Source of the DNA: Candidatus Omnitrophota bacterium
GTDB lineage: Bacteria; Hinthialibacterota; Hinthialibacteria; Hinthialibacterales; JAKPRU01
Direction of reading: 5' to 3'
Assembly (NCBI GenBank): GCA_029570205.1
Contig: JAKQSI010000070.1
Location: forward strand, 53,254 to 117,253
Length of the DNA: 64,000 bases
Below the pieces are notes generated by a model. It was not told where the DNA came from and made no database searches. It saw only the letters and a list, made by a program, of their open reading frames with translations. Made by a program: the position numbers and the translations under genes. Positions 1 to 9,697 of this stretch are shown here, piece by piece. Within the stretch, counting starts at the first letter, position 1. Every line of letters begins with the position of its first letter.

Positions 1-1920
1 TGAAATTGCCTTCGGCTTCTCTTCGGTCCGAATCTTTACACCGATCGGCCCGACTTCAGGAATAAAGTCGATGATTCCGTACCGGTCAACATGCGGCGCG
101 TTCGCCACGTTCAACAGATGAACACTCAATCGCCCGTCTCGTGTCCGCCGCAAAGCCACATCAATACACGGCGGCCCATCAATTTCCACAGCCGGATTCT
201 GAAAGAGCGGATCGACTATCTCCCGAACACACTCGCGCAAGTATGGATGATGGCTTCGGAAGAAATCAAGCGCCAGAGGACCATAGACAGCGCCGATTTT
301 CCCCTTGCCGAACGGAACGACTGTTGATGCTACCTCGCCGTCCTTCCGCGTATCCCGGGTCGGATAGCGATACCCGACCGCCACCGCTTCCGTGGGAACT
401 ACTTTCTGCCAAATCCCGTTCGCATTGGCAATCCCCGCAATCCCTCCGATTGCCGCATTACATGCCAATTCCGCGCGGATCTCTTTCGGCTCTCCCTCGA
501 AAGTCACGCCCAAATGCGGCTCAAATAATCTCGCGCATTTTTCGCCCATCAACAGAAGACTCCCCCCATTTTCTACATACCGGAGTAATGTATTCTTGAA
601 ATCCTCCGGGAGCTTGTAGCAATCCGGAACGACTACTAATGGAAACTCGTTTAAACGAGGCTCCAATTGGTACTCCGCCAATACATCAACAGAATAATGC
701 AACTCCAATAGCGCGTGCAGCGCGCCCTCCAATTCGTCATAGCATCCCCACGGCGAAAACACGTTATCCGAACGATCCCATATCGTCTCCGCCGAGAGCA
801 GCACCGCAACTTGTGGGACTGTCCTGCTCTTAAAACCGGCTTCCTTCCTTTCACGGCAGAAGTCCGACACCTGCCCCAGTGTTTCAATCATAGCATCCGG
901 AAGATACCCGGACCGCGTCGGATTATTATAGATTTGAAACCCGCCTCCCTGCATCAACACCACGGCGGATTCCTGCTGTAGATGGACCGGGGTTTTCAGG
1001 CTCCAATCCAACTTTTGTCCTTTATCAAACCCCCACGCCATCAAATCCCAGGGCATTCCTGTACTCGCCAGATATCGCGCCTCAACCCGGGCGCGATCGA
1101 CCGAGAGACCCGGCGAATAATCCCCGGACAAGTAATCTAATCTGGCGCGGACCGGCAGGGGAGCCAGGGTCGAGTACATCCAGTTACTTGTAATCTGCAA
1201 ATTCGGCCGGAACGCATGAAGTGCATCTACCCAACGGCATAGATAGTCTTCATAATGCCGCCGATGAAACATCTTCCACTCCAGCCAATTCGGCTCGGAA
1301 CGGTCTTTGGGAGCGATATCGAGACCCGTTTCTTTTTTCCACGCTTCCAGCGCGGCGGGAGAATAGTCCAGCTTGGTTGCCCAACATTCTCCATCTACCC
1401 ATAATCCGTCGAGATCGTACTTGGATACCACCTCCTTCAGCTGCGGTATCAATAATTCATCAATGTACCGCCCGAAGACACTCGTCGCATTCGGATCGAC
1501 TTTCCCCTCCGCGTCAAGCCGCGCCCATTCAGGATGATGCTCCACCGCCACACTGTCCCACACACCGGAGTAATGGATATAAAGACCGACACCGTGCTCC
1601 TTTGTTACTTTCCGCCAGATGGCCAATGAATCCTTCACGATTCCCGGCGACGGCCAGCCGATCTCCGTCGGATAGCCCGTATATCCCGCGTGTCCCTTGC
1701 AGTCATATTGCACATAGTCCGGCCGAACTCTCGTGAGTAATCGATCTATCATATCTTCCGTGATGTCGGCCCCGAGAGACGTATCATTCTGATTCGGATG
1801 CAAATCGAAATGCAGTCCAAAAAAGGCGTCCCGCCTCGGAACAGGACGCTTCTCCGCCTCGCAAGGAACGGACATGTTCATCACAACAATCAGGCCGATT
1901 GAGGCAATAAACCGAAACAT
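1..1920 (-). CDS. Partial (C-terminus beyond window start) secreted glycoside-hydrolase-like TIM-barrel protein; start ATG at 1918-1920, N-terminal signal peptide MFRFIASIGLIVVMNMSVPC
   Basis: Manual minus-strand translation of 1741-1920 stays open toward the window edge and no long ORF is listed here on either strand. GGAGA RBS lies 7 nt upstream. GH-like motifs (DYVQYDCKGHAGYTGYP, WVDGECW) seen; family not assigned. Confidence 0.5.
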   Translation of the reverse strand, partial: MFRFIASIGLIVVMNMSVPCEAEKRPVPRRDAFFGLHFDLHPNQNDTSLGADITEDMIDRLLTRVRPDYVQYDCKGHAGYTGYPTEIGWPSPGIVKDSLAIWRKVTKEHGVGLYIHYSGVWDSVAVEHHPEWARLDAEGKVDPNATSVFGRYIDELLIPQLKEVVSKYDLDGLWVDGECWATKLDYSPAALEAWKKETGLDIAPKDRSEPNWLEWKMFHRRHYEDYLCRWVDALHAFRPNLQITSNWMYSTLAPLPVRARLDYLSGDYSPGLSVDRARVEARYLASTGMPWDLMAWGFDKGQKLDWSLKTPVHLQQESAVVLMQGGGFQIYNNPTRSGYLPDAMIETLGQVSDFCRERKEAGFKSRTVPQVAVLLSAETIWDRSDNVFSPWGCYDELEGALHALLELHYSVDVLAEYQLEPRLNEFPLVVVPDCYKLPEDFKNTLLRYVENGGSLLLMGEKCARLFEPHLGVTFEGEPKEIRAELACNAAIGGIAGIANANGIWQKVVPTEAVAVGYRYPTRDTRKDGEVASTVVPFGKGKIGAVYGPLALDFFRSHHPYLRECVREIVDPLFQNPAVEIDGPPCIDVALRRTRDGRLSVHLLNVANAPHVDRYGIIDFIPEVGPIGVKIRTEEKPKAIS

Positions 1921-2370
1921 GGTATTCTCCTTTCACTTTGAAGGCTTTATATTCTCCGGACCTTCCTGCCTTTCTGCATTTTCGGAATAGCCGACAAGCC
2001 CGAACAGATCTGGCAACATAGACATGAAACCGCTACACCTTCTATTCGTGCCGATTTCCGAGCGCCCTTGTCATCTCCGCAATCGCCACTTTCACGGACA
2101 TCAATTGAACCGACGCGGTACATTTCGACTCCCCGCCGTCCCTGTTCCGCAGCAACTGCCCATGCGGGTCCAGACAGGTAACCTTACCCGAATGGTCGCC
2201 GCAACGTAACATTCTTCGCCTCTCCGATCGAATACCGGCAGGAACCGCACGCCTCCATGTCGTTTCCGCACCGAGGCCGTTCCCCCATACAATCTTTAAC
2301 TCCGGACTCTGCCCCAGTACACGTGCCGCCAGGAACATTACATTCTTTTCCTCGCGAATATCATATTTTA

Positions 2371-3474
2371 TCACATCCTTATGTCCCTTCGCCGGATTGT
2401 ATAATGTTCCAGTGCATCCATATTCACATTCGGCCTGTCGCGATGTTCCTGCGGAACATTGATGATTCCGTCTACAACCTCGATGGGCGGTGAGATGATA
2501 TCCTCCACGAACCATCGGCTACTGGCCTCCACATCTGTCGGATAAGTACAATTCGGCAATAAGGCCAGATACAGCGCATGAACGGCAGCGATCCCGAGTT
2601 CCGGCATAGTGCCCACCCAGTTTGGAATACCGCGATTCATACAGAGGTCATGGATTCGCTTTGCCCTGCCGATTCCACCGACACGCTGGATTTTGATATT
2701 GACTATCCGACAGGCCTGCCTGTCGATACACTGGCGCACGGCCTCCTCATCACAGGCACTTTCATCAATACAAATCGGCGTTGAAATCCGCGACTGCAAT
2801 TTCGCGAGTCCGTCCCAATTCATTTTCGCGAACGGCTGCTCGATCATTATCAATCCCATTTTGTCGATCTCGTCGAGGATCGGGAAATCCTCCTCTCCGT
2901 ATGCCGCATTAGCATCTACCATCAAAGGAACACCTGCGAATGTCCCATGAACTACTCTCAACGGCTCGATGTCCCAGCCCGGTCGGATTTTAATTTTCAA
3001 CCGTTTATAGCCATCCGCCATGTACCGCCTGCACGCGCTGACGAGTTCAGGGATACTCGAGCAGATCCCCACCGCCAAACCGGACTCAATGGGATGGAAA
3101 TCCACACCCAATACATCGGTAAACGACCTGTTCTCCTCCTGTACCATCAAATCCCACAGGGCGCCCTCCAGTCCGGCCCACGCGAACGGCTCGGACATTC
3201 CCGCTGCGAGCATCTCCGAAACAAAGCCCGGCCGAAAATCGTTTCGTTCCAGAAGAGTCGGGATTGCGTACTCCAGAAGAAAATCCCACGTCGATTCCGG
3301 TGTCTCACCGGAATAAAAACCGCCCGACATCGGCGAAGCCTCCCCAAATGCGATAATACCGTCCCGCTCGATTTGAATTACAATGGACTCTTTCGCATCC
3401 ACCTCGCCTGAACTGATACGGAACGCCTCCGTCATCGGAATAACAACGTGAATAAGACAAATGCGATTCGCCAT
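2371..3474 (-). CDS. Enolase-superfamily enzyme (mandelate racemase/muconate lactonizing family; o-succinylbenzoate synthase or N-acylamino-acid racemase/dipeptide epimerase-like)
   Basis: KIKIRPG, DANAAY, IEQP and IDES metal-ligand motifs typical of MR/MLE enzymes; GAGG RBS 5 nt upstream. Confidence 0.8.
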   Translation of the reverse strand: MANRICLIHVVIPMTEAFRISSGEVDAKESIVIQIERDGIIAFGEASPMSGGFYSGETPESTWDFLLEYAIPTLLERNDFRPGFVSEMLAAGMSEPFAWAGLEGALWDLMVQEENRSFTDVLGVDFHPIESGLAVGICSSIPELVSACRRYMADGYKRLKIKIRPGWDIEPLRVVHGTFAGVPLMVDANAAYGEEDFPILDEIDKMGLIMIEQPFAKMNWDGLAKLQSRISTPICIDESACDEEAVRQCIDRQACRIVNIKIQRVGGIGRAKRIHDLCMNRGIPNWVGTMPELGIAAVHALYLALLPNCTYPTDVEASSRWFVEDIISPPIEVVDGIINVPQEHRDRPNVNMDALEHYTIRRRDIRM

Positions 3475-3509
3475 GATCTACCTCTTTCGGACCCCGCAAC
3501 ACATATCCT

Positions 3510-5540
3510 TTACTCCTCTCTTTGTTTCAGGATGACCGGCCTGCCGTCACGATCCGTAATCCGCAGGCTACCCGCCCATTCCCCGCCCGCATTCAGTACC
3601 TTCATTAGAATAAAATTGTTTCCTTTAACGAGATGAACGGATACCTCGTCCTGGTCCGGCTCCCAAAGCCGCCCTCCCTCGTACTCATGAACCAGGCGAC
3701 CGTTCAGCCGGCAAAATACGTCGTCATTGCTTCCGATTTTAAATAGGACGTCCCTTTCATCGTCGCTTTGAATCTCGGCATACAGGTAACTCCCGACCTC
3801 CCCATTGGTCCCAAGCGTCCGCTGCAAATCCACCATTCCAAGAGGATCCGTCACCGAGATCTTCTTCCAGGATATCTGTGTATCCTTTACCTGAACCGGA
3901 ACAGCAACCCGGATCGGCTTGTCCACAGGAATCAGATCCCCCTGTAGCAATTCGGCCCGGCTCCCCACCGGACCAAGCGCCCACCAGTGTACAATACATC
4001 CGTTCCTCCGGGCCATATCCGAAAGAACTTCCGTCGCACCCAGCGCCGTCAGTCGTTTGACTAATGGGAGCCGCAGCGTGCTGTCTGTCGAAGCCTGAGC
4101 GGCGGCCGCACACAACCGAATCGCTGCCTCTTTCTGCTGATTCTTCTCAAGGTCGAGCGAGACTCGAATCGCCGCTTCCGCGGCGGCATTCCTGATATCT
4201 TGATCCTCTTGTTCAAGCGCGGCCTGTAGAATGTCCTTAGAGGATCCGTTACCGAACGATCCGAGCGCTTTGAGAGCCGCCATTCGCAGGTATTTGTTCT
4301 CGCTTGCCGCCGCTTTGGTGACAGCCGGCAACGCCGCCTCATCCGCACGACTACCTAAAATCCCGACCCACACCGTCTCCATTTCCGCCGATGCGCCATC
4401 CATCGCCCGGATCACGGCCTGTGTCGTATCCTCCCCGGGGATCTGTGCCAGGGTCTCGGAAACGGCTTGTACGAGACGCTCGTCTCTGGTCTGAACGGCT
4501 TCCCTCCCGATCGTAATCAATACCGGCGTCGCCTCGGTGATAGCCGAATCTGTTCGCCCCGCCAGTACCGAGACCAGCGCGGCCCGATCTGCGCCCCTCG
4601 ACCTGTTTAATGAATTGATAAGAATCCGGGTAACCGTCTCGCCCGGCATAAGGGCCAGTTGGTCCCGCGCGGCCCCAGTGAGTACCGGATCGCTGCCTCC
4701 CAGCGCCTCCAACAACTCCGGCATTGCTTTCTCACCACACGCATGCGCGAGGCCGGATAAGGCTGCGCCTTTGACTAGCGAACAGGACACCTCGTTCCAG
4801 AGCCGGTGGTACACGGATTCCGGGCCCCGCCCATTGCCCCGCTCCCTGGCAGTCTCCGCCCACTGCAGAAGCGCATCCGCAGCGGCTTTCTTTTCCGCAT
4901 CCGAGCCGCGTTCCCATATCCGCCATAGGGCTTTTGCAGACCGTGAATCTCCCAGGCGGCCCGCTGCCGCTATCGCCGTCAGCCGAACACTCTCATTCTC
5001 ATCGGAGAGCGCTCGTACCACCGCCGAACTCACAGACGGGTCTTTCCGCGCCCCCAATGTTTTCACCAGAGCCGCCTTCCATTCCGGCTCCCTCGCGTTG
5101 CGTAGTGCATCGGCAACGGCCTTCGTGGCGCTCGGATCGGGAATCCGCTCCAGCGCCCATCGCGCCATCTCGCGCTCCTCCGGAACGTCTAATCGCTCCG
5201 AAAGGACGGCAACCGATTCCTTGCCCCCCACCAGGGAAATCAATCGATATGCGAAATCCTTGACCTCGCGCTTGTGCGCCCCCTTCACGGCGCCCAGAAG
5301 AAACACTTCGGCAGCCGCCTGCTCCTCGCGCGCGCCTGGCCTGGTAGACTGGTAGACAATCCGCTCCGCGGCCTGTTTCGCCTGGAGGCGCGCTGTCGCA
5401 TCGCCGGTCTCCATTCGATCGAATTCCGACACGAGCGGCTCGACTATCCCCGGAGATTTCAATTCGTGTACGGTAGCCGTAGAACAGGAGTATAGGAACA
5501 GGCTGAAAGCAAGAATCGTAATATATCGCCATTTCGTCAT
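3510..5540 (-). CDS. HEAT-repeat (PBS-lyase-like) lipoprotein with a C-terminal beta-sandwich/lectin-like domain
   Basis: Start MTKWRYITILAFSLFLYSC (lipobox-like) with AAGGAGA RBS. Long run of A/L/E/R-rich HEAT-like repeats; C-terminal ~170 aa is not repeat-like. ORF-track start at 5573 is probably too far upstream. Confidence 0.6.
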   Translation of the reverse strand: MTKWRYITILAFSLFLYSCSTATVHELKSPGIVEPLVSEFDRMETGDATARLQAKQAAERIVYQSTRPGAREEQAAAEVFLLGAVKGAHKREVKDFAYRLISLVGGKESVAVLSERLDVPEEREMARWALERIPDPSATKAVADALRNAREPEWKAALVKTLGARKDPSVSSAVVRALSDENESVRLTAIAAAGRLGDSRSAKALWRIWERGSDAEKKAAADALLQWAETARERGNGRGPESVYHRLWNEVSCSLVKGAALSGLAHACGEKAMPELLEALGGSDPVLTGAARDQLALMPGETVTRILINSLNRSRGADRAALVSVLAGRTDSAITEATPVLITIGREAVQTRDERLVQAVSETLAQIPGEDTTQAVIRAMDGASAEMETVWVGILGSRADEAALPAVTKAAASENKYLRMAALKALGSFGNGSSKDILQAALEQEDQDIRNAAAEAAIRVSLDLEKNQQKEAAIRLCAAAAQASTDSTLRLPLVKRLTALGATEVLSDMARRNGCIVHWWALGPVGSRAELLQGDLIPVDKPIRVAVPVQVKDTQISWKKISVTDPLGMVDLQRTLGTNGEVGSYLYAEIQSDDERDVLFKIGSNDDVFCRLNGRLVHEYEGGRLWEPDQDEVSVHLVKGNNFILMKVLNAGGEWAGSLRITDRDGRPVILKQREE

Positions 5541-5560
5541 TAGATTGTCTCCTTCGTCGT

Positions 5561-6838
5561 TCACAGATACCACGGCGCGCGATACGGTTTGACTAACCAG
5601 CGGTTCGCTTCGGGATCATCTACAAACTCCTCCCGATCCGGGTCCCAGTACAGTTTGCGACCAAGCCGCAGCGCGATATTACTCAGATGCGCAACAGAAA
5701 CCGAGCGATGTCCGACCTCCACATCGCATATCGGACGTTTGCGCGCACGAATGCTGTTCAGCCAATCGGCATGATGGTCATTGCTTTCATACAGGTGGAC
5801 ATCTTTCGGACCCAGAATCTCATACATCAGATCCTTCGGTTCGCTGTCCATCCCGCCGCGCCAGACATGTACCCACCCATCTGCGCCCTCGAATCGAGTT
5901 CCGTGCTCCGGATTCGTAGCGATCATCGTAACTCCATTCGCATATTGCAGAGTCACACTGAAGTCGGTATACGTTTCAAAAAGCCCCTCACTCGGAAGTG
6001 TACCGGTCCCCTCAACGGAAATCGGGCCGGTGAGATCCGTGCCAAGGCCCCATTGCGCGATATCGAAATGATGCGCACCCCAGTCTGTCATCTGCCCGCC
6101 GGAATAGTCGAAAAACCAGCGGAAATTCCAGAACGTCCGGTCCTTGTTATAGGGAACCCACGGCGCGGGACCGAGATACATATTCCAATCGAAGCCATCG
6201 GGCGGATCGCTGTCGGGCGCCTCGCCCCCGGCCGAACCATTCGGCAAGAACACCTTTACCGTATGAACCCTGCCGATCCTGCCGCTTCGGACCAGTTCGC
6301 AGGTAAATCGGAAACGCCAATCGGAGCGCTGCTGGCTTCCGACCTGGAAAATACGATTATACCGGCGAACGGCTTTCACTAGTGCTTTGCCTTCGCCGAT
6401 AGTCAGCGTCAACGGCTTTTCGCAGTAGATATCTTTGCCGGCCTCACATGCCGAGACGGCAATTCGGGTATGCCAGTGATCCGGCGTAGCAATGACTACC
6501 GCATCGATATCGTCGCGGTCCAGCAGCTCGCGGAAGTCGTTGTAGGAAGCGCAGTTCTGATTCCCGTACTTTTCATTGGCTCTCCGCCGGGCTTTTTCCC
6601 GATGTTCCTGGAACACGTCGCAAACCGCGAGAATCTGTGCCTCTGAGTTGTCCAGGAACTTGCGGAAATGGTAATTGCCCTGGCCGCCGAGACCGATAAA
6701 CCCAAGGGTGATCCGGTCGTTCGGCGCGGTACCAGCCTGGGGTCGTGAGGGCCGTGTAAGGCAGGCCGACGCCAGGGCTCCCGCCATTCCTTTCCCTGCC
6801 CGATTAAGAAAACTTCGGCGTGTAATTCGGTTTGGCAT
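5561..6838 (-). CDS. TAT-exported Gfo/Idh/MocA family NAD(P)-dependent oxidoreductase
   Basis: Twin-arginine signal MPNRITRRSFLNRAGKGMAGALASA; GFIGLGGQG Rossmann motif; EKP motif; GGAGGAA RBS. Confidence 0.85.
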   Translation of the reverse strand: MPNRITRRSFLNRAGKGMAGALASACLTRPSRPQAGTAPNDRITLGFIGLGGQGNYHFRKFLDNSEAQILAVCDVFQEHREKARRRANEKYGNQNCASYNDFRELLDRDDIDAVVIATPDHWHTRIAVSACEAGKDIYCEKPLTLTIGEGKALVKAVRRYNRIFQVGSQQRSDWRFRFTCELVRSGRIGRVHTVKVFLPNGSAGGEAPDSDPPDGFDWNMYLGPAPWVPYNKDRTFWNFRWFFDYSGGQMTDWGAHHFDIAQWGLGTDLTGPISVEGTGTLPSEGLFETYTDFSVTLQYANGVTMIATNPEHGTRFEGADGWVHVWRGGMDSEPKDLMYEILGPKDVHLYESNDHHADWLNSIRARKRPICDVEVGHRSVSVAHLSNIALRLGRKLYWDPDREEFVDDPEANRWLVKPYRAPWYL

Positions 6839-6999
6839 TCTATTCCTCCATCGCCCGTATCGGTCTGTCCCGAAACGGAACATTTACCTGTAGCGATTTC
6901 ATTACCTTACGGAGAACATCAATCCGGGATTCCTGAGGTTCTGCCCGACTATTGTTACTCGAATCTCAACCACCGCGACAACCGTGGGCCGTTACCGGA

Positions 7000-9513
7000 T
7001 CACATCGGCGGTTTGTCGAGATACTCAAATGAATACCCGAACGTGAACACCTGACCCGTTTTCAGTTCGACAGGTTTCGTGGTCAATTCCAGGTTCGCCT
7101 GCCGACAGGGCGGCGCCCACCAGAAACCCGTTTTGACGATCTGTTCCGGCTTGTATTTCAACAGGATCCCACACTTCGCCTCGTGATTGAACAGGGCGCA
7201 TTGCCCCGTTCCCTTCTGCAACAAATCCTCCAACGGTCCTTTATTTCCTTGCCAGTCCTTATTGAACGGCATCCACTTGTCGGTCTTGACATAAGCGGTA
7301 AAGACCGCGCTATCCTCGCTCCTGGTGAAGGTACAGAAATGCGGAATCAGCTTGAATTGATACGCCTGCGGTTCAGCGCCTTCTTGAATCACAAAGGTCT
7401 CGAATCGGACTTTCTCCGGCTCATCGGCCCTGAAGCCGATTCGTCTAATCAGAACCGATCCGTCGGGAAAATCGCCGGCGAGCTGTAACCCGTTCGCATC
7501 GGCTACCGCATGGAACGGTCCGGGGGATTTCCAGCCGTCGCCGGTCAATCGGACTTCCCGAATGGTTCCGATCCAGAACGGGTCGCCGAGACGTCCGCCA
7601 CCTTCTCTCGGGGCGAGCATGTTCCTGCCGGATGGCTTGTGGATCATTTCGACTACTTTGCCGCTGTCCTCGGGAATAATGGTCAGCTGCCAGACGGCAT
7701 TCTCGATCCGCTGGGCGGCATACCTTCGCCCGACCGCCTCTGTGATCTCCTTGAAGTAGTCGGCGGCGGGGCGGGTCTCGGCGGCCATGGACATGTTGTA
7801 GCGTTTGCAGAGGTCAATGTATCGGTCCATCACGTGCCGCTGCGGCTTCGGTAATCCCACAATGTATTCCCCGTCCTTGTACTCTAATGTCGCACAGGTT
7901 TCCAGCACGGCCTTGTGAGCGCAAATCGAGGCTTTTTCCACACGTGCGCGGACCGCTTTGTCTTTCGTCGAGTGGAGCGCCCGGTCGAAATACGCGAGGG
8001 ACTTCAACGAGATTTCCGGGGTCAGCCCGACCTCTGCGGTGGAGGGGAAACAACCCGGATGCATCCCGCAGGCATTCGCGTTATCATGCAGCATTGTGAG
8101 ATAATCCATGATCGGCTGGGCGGCGTCCGCATAGTGTAATCGACAGAACTCCTGCACAAGGTCCCAGCTGTTCCGCGAGGGATCCCAGATGCACCGGGAA
8201 ATCACGTAGTTGCGAAGGTCGCACATCTCCCCGGTGTTGCCGTTCCCGTTGGCCTGCATAAAAAGACCTTTGACATGATTCTGCAAAAAGTACTGCACAT
8301 TCGGACCGATGCTGCGCAGATTGGGGAATGGGAGATCGTAGCAACGGAAATTCGTGTTGTAATTCCACACCCAGATGTCGTCACAGATTTTCCCCCAGTC
8401 TTCCATATCTTTACAGAACTCGCGGTTCCGCGAGCAGTCGGGATCGTTGATCGGGTGAAGCGTACAGCATTCAATACTGCATAATTGAATCTGTACATTC
8501 TTTCGGGGTTGGATCGTTTTCGGCGCTTTGCGTGTGTACCAGTAAGCCAGCGTGCCGATTTTTACATCGGGATATTTCTTCTCGACCCGTTCGGCAACCG
8601 CGTTCACAAAGGCCAGGTGAGATCCCATCGGCGTGCCTTCCCGCCGGTTGATTTCCTCGCAACGCTCGCAGCGGCAGTAGGCATCGTTGTCGTTCTGGCT
8701 TACACTGATGTTCTTCTGGCCGGGATTCTGATCGAGTTCTTTAATTACGTTTTGAGCGACGATCTCGATCACCTCCGGATTCGTTACACAGACCTCCGGT
8801 CCGCCGCCGCCTATCTCCAGGACTCGTTTCCCATCCACGAGCGCAAAATACTCGGGATGGTCTTTTCCGAATTGCTCCACCGGGAGCAAGCGGTAAAGCG
8901 AATGATTAATCAGGTTCTGCCGGGTAATGCCGCCGAGTTTTTCATCTGTAGTCGTTGTGTTGACACGCAACTTCGCGGCAAATTCGGGATGGTCTGCGTT
9001 CTCTTTGTAGTAGCTCCATCGAAACGAAAACGGTGGGATATACTGATAGTCTCCGCAGGGGATGCTCCATGAGGTCTTTTGTGGAATATAGGTGTGATCG
9101 AAAGTCAGGAATCGAATACCGAGATACTTTTCCATGAATTCATAGACACCATAGAGGGTCCCGCGCGGGCGACCGCCCGCGATAGCGATATGGTCCGCCT
9201 GAATGCGGATACGGAGACCTTCTTCACCCAGATCGTCAACCTGCAATGCCACGGGACTGGCGGCCAACTCCGCTCCGGGGCCGATAAAAATGTTGCCCGT
9301 GCTTTTCGGCGCGGCATTACGAATCGGCAGATCAAGACCGACGGCCTGGCGGAACAGGCCTTGAAACTCCTCAGCGGCATATTGCTCGCTGGGAATCGCG
9401 TCTTTCGCCACCACAATGGTCCAGTTGTGCATTTGGGCAAGATCAAGATTCTGCTGCCCGACTGCCGCTCCACAGGCGGCCAGGACAATCGAAACGAAAA
9501 GGAATGTGCGCAT
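7000..9513 (-). CDS. Secreted DUF4838-domain protein (glycoside-hydrolase-like, GH20/alpha-glucuronidase-N-like fold)
   Basis: Signal peptide MRTFLFVSIVLAACGAAVG. Cys-rich central region typical of DUF4838 proteins of PUL-type loci. Confidence 0.55.
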   Translation of the reverse strand: MRTFLFVSIVLAACGAAVGQQNLDLAQMHNWTIVVAKDAIPSEQYAAEEFQGLFRQAVGLDLPIRNAAPKSTGNIFIGPGAELAASPVALQVDDLGEEGLRIRIQADHIAIAGGRPRGTLYGVYEFMEKYLGIRFLTFDHTYIPQKTSWSIPCGDYQYIPPFSFRWSYYKENADHPEFAAKLRVNTTTTDEKLGGITRQNLINHSLYRLLPVEQFGKDHPEYFALVDGKRVLEIGGGGPEVCVTNPEVIEIVAQNVIKELDQNPGQKNISVSQNDNDAYCRCERCEEINRREGTPMGSHLAFVNAVAERVEKKYPDVKIGTLAYWYTRKAPKTIQPRKNVQIQLCSIECCTLHPINDPDCSRNREFCKDMEDWGKICDDIWVWNYNTNFRCYDLPFPNLRSIGPNVQYFLQNHVKGLFMQANGNGNTGEMCDLRNYVISRCIWDPSRNSWDLVQEFCRLHYADAAQPIMDYLTMLHDNANACGMHPGCFPSTAEVGLTPEISLKSLAYFDRALHSTKDKAVRARVEKASICAHKAVLETCATLEYKDGEYIVGLPKPQRHVMDRYIDLCKRYNMSMAAETRPAADYFKEITEAVGRRYAAQRIENAVWQLTIIPEDSGKVVEMIHKPSGRNMLAPREGGGRLGDPFWIGTIREVRLTGDGWKSPGPFHAVADANGLQLAGDFPDGSVLIRRIGFRADEPEKVRFETFVIQEGAEPQAYQFKLIPHFCTFTRSEDSAVFTAYVKTDKWMPFNKDWQGNKGPLEDLLQKGTGQCALFNHEAKCGILLKYKPEQIVKTGFWWAPPCRQANLELTTKPVELKTGQVFTFGYSFEYLDKPPM

Positions 9514-9697
9514 GATTCCAGGTCCTCTCTCATCAGGTTTTCCCAAACGCTAACACACTCGCCATGGCCCGTAAAGACGGTGCAATGGCTTGAGGACAGG
9601 AAGAGGGGACTTGGCGACACTTTTCAACCCTTCTGCACGTTTCCCCAGTCGGTATACTCTGTTCAACTCCAGACTCACAGAGAGATTGAGAATAACC

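Noticed and set aside
4537-5532. Plus- and minus-strand ORFs of 109-272 aa inside the HEAT-repeat gene
   Set aside because: Alternative frames of a GC-rich repeat-encoding gene; no start context.
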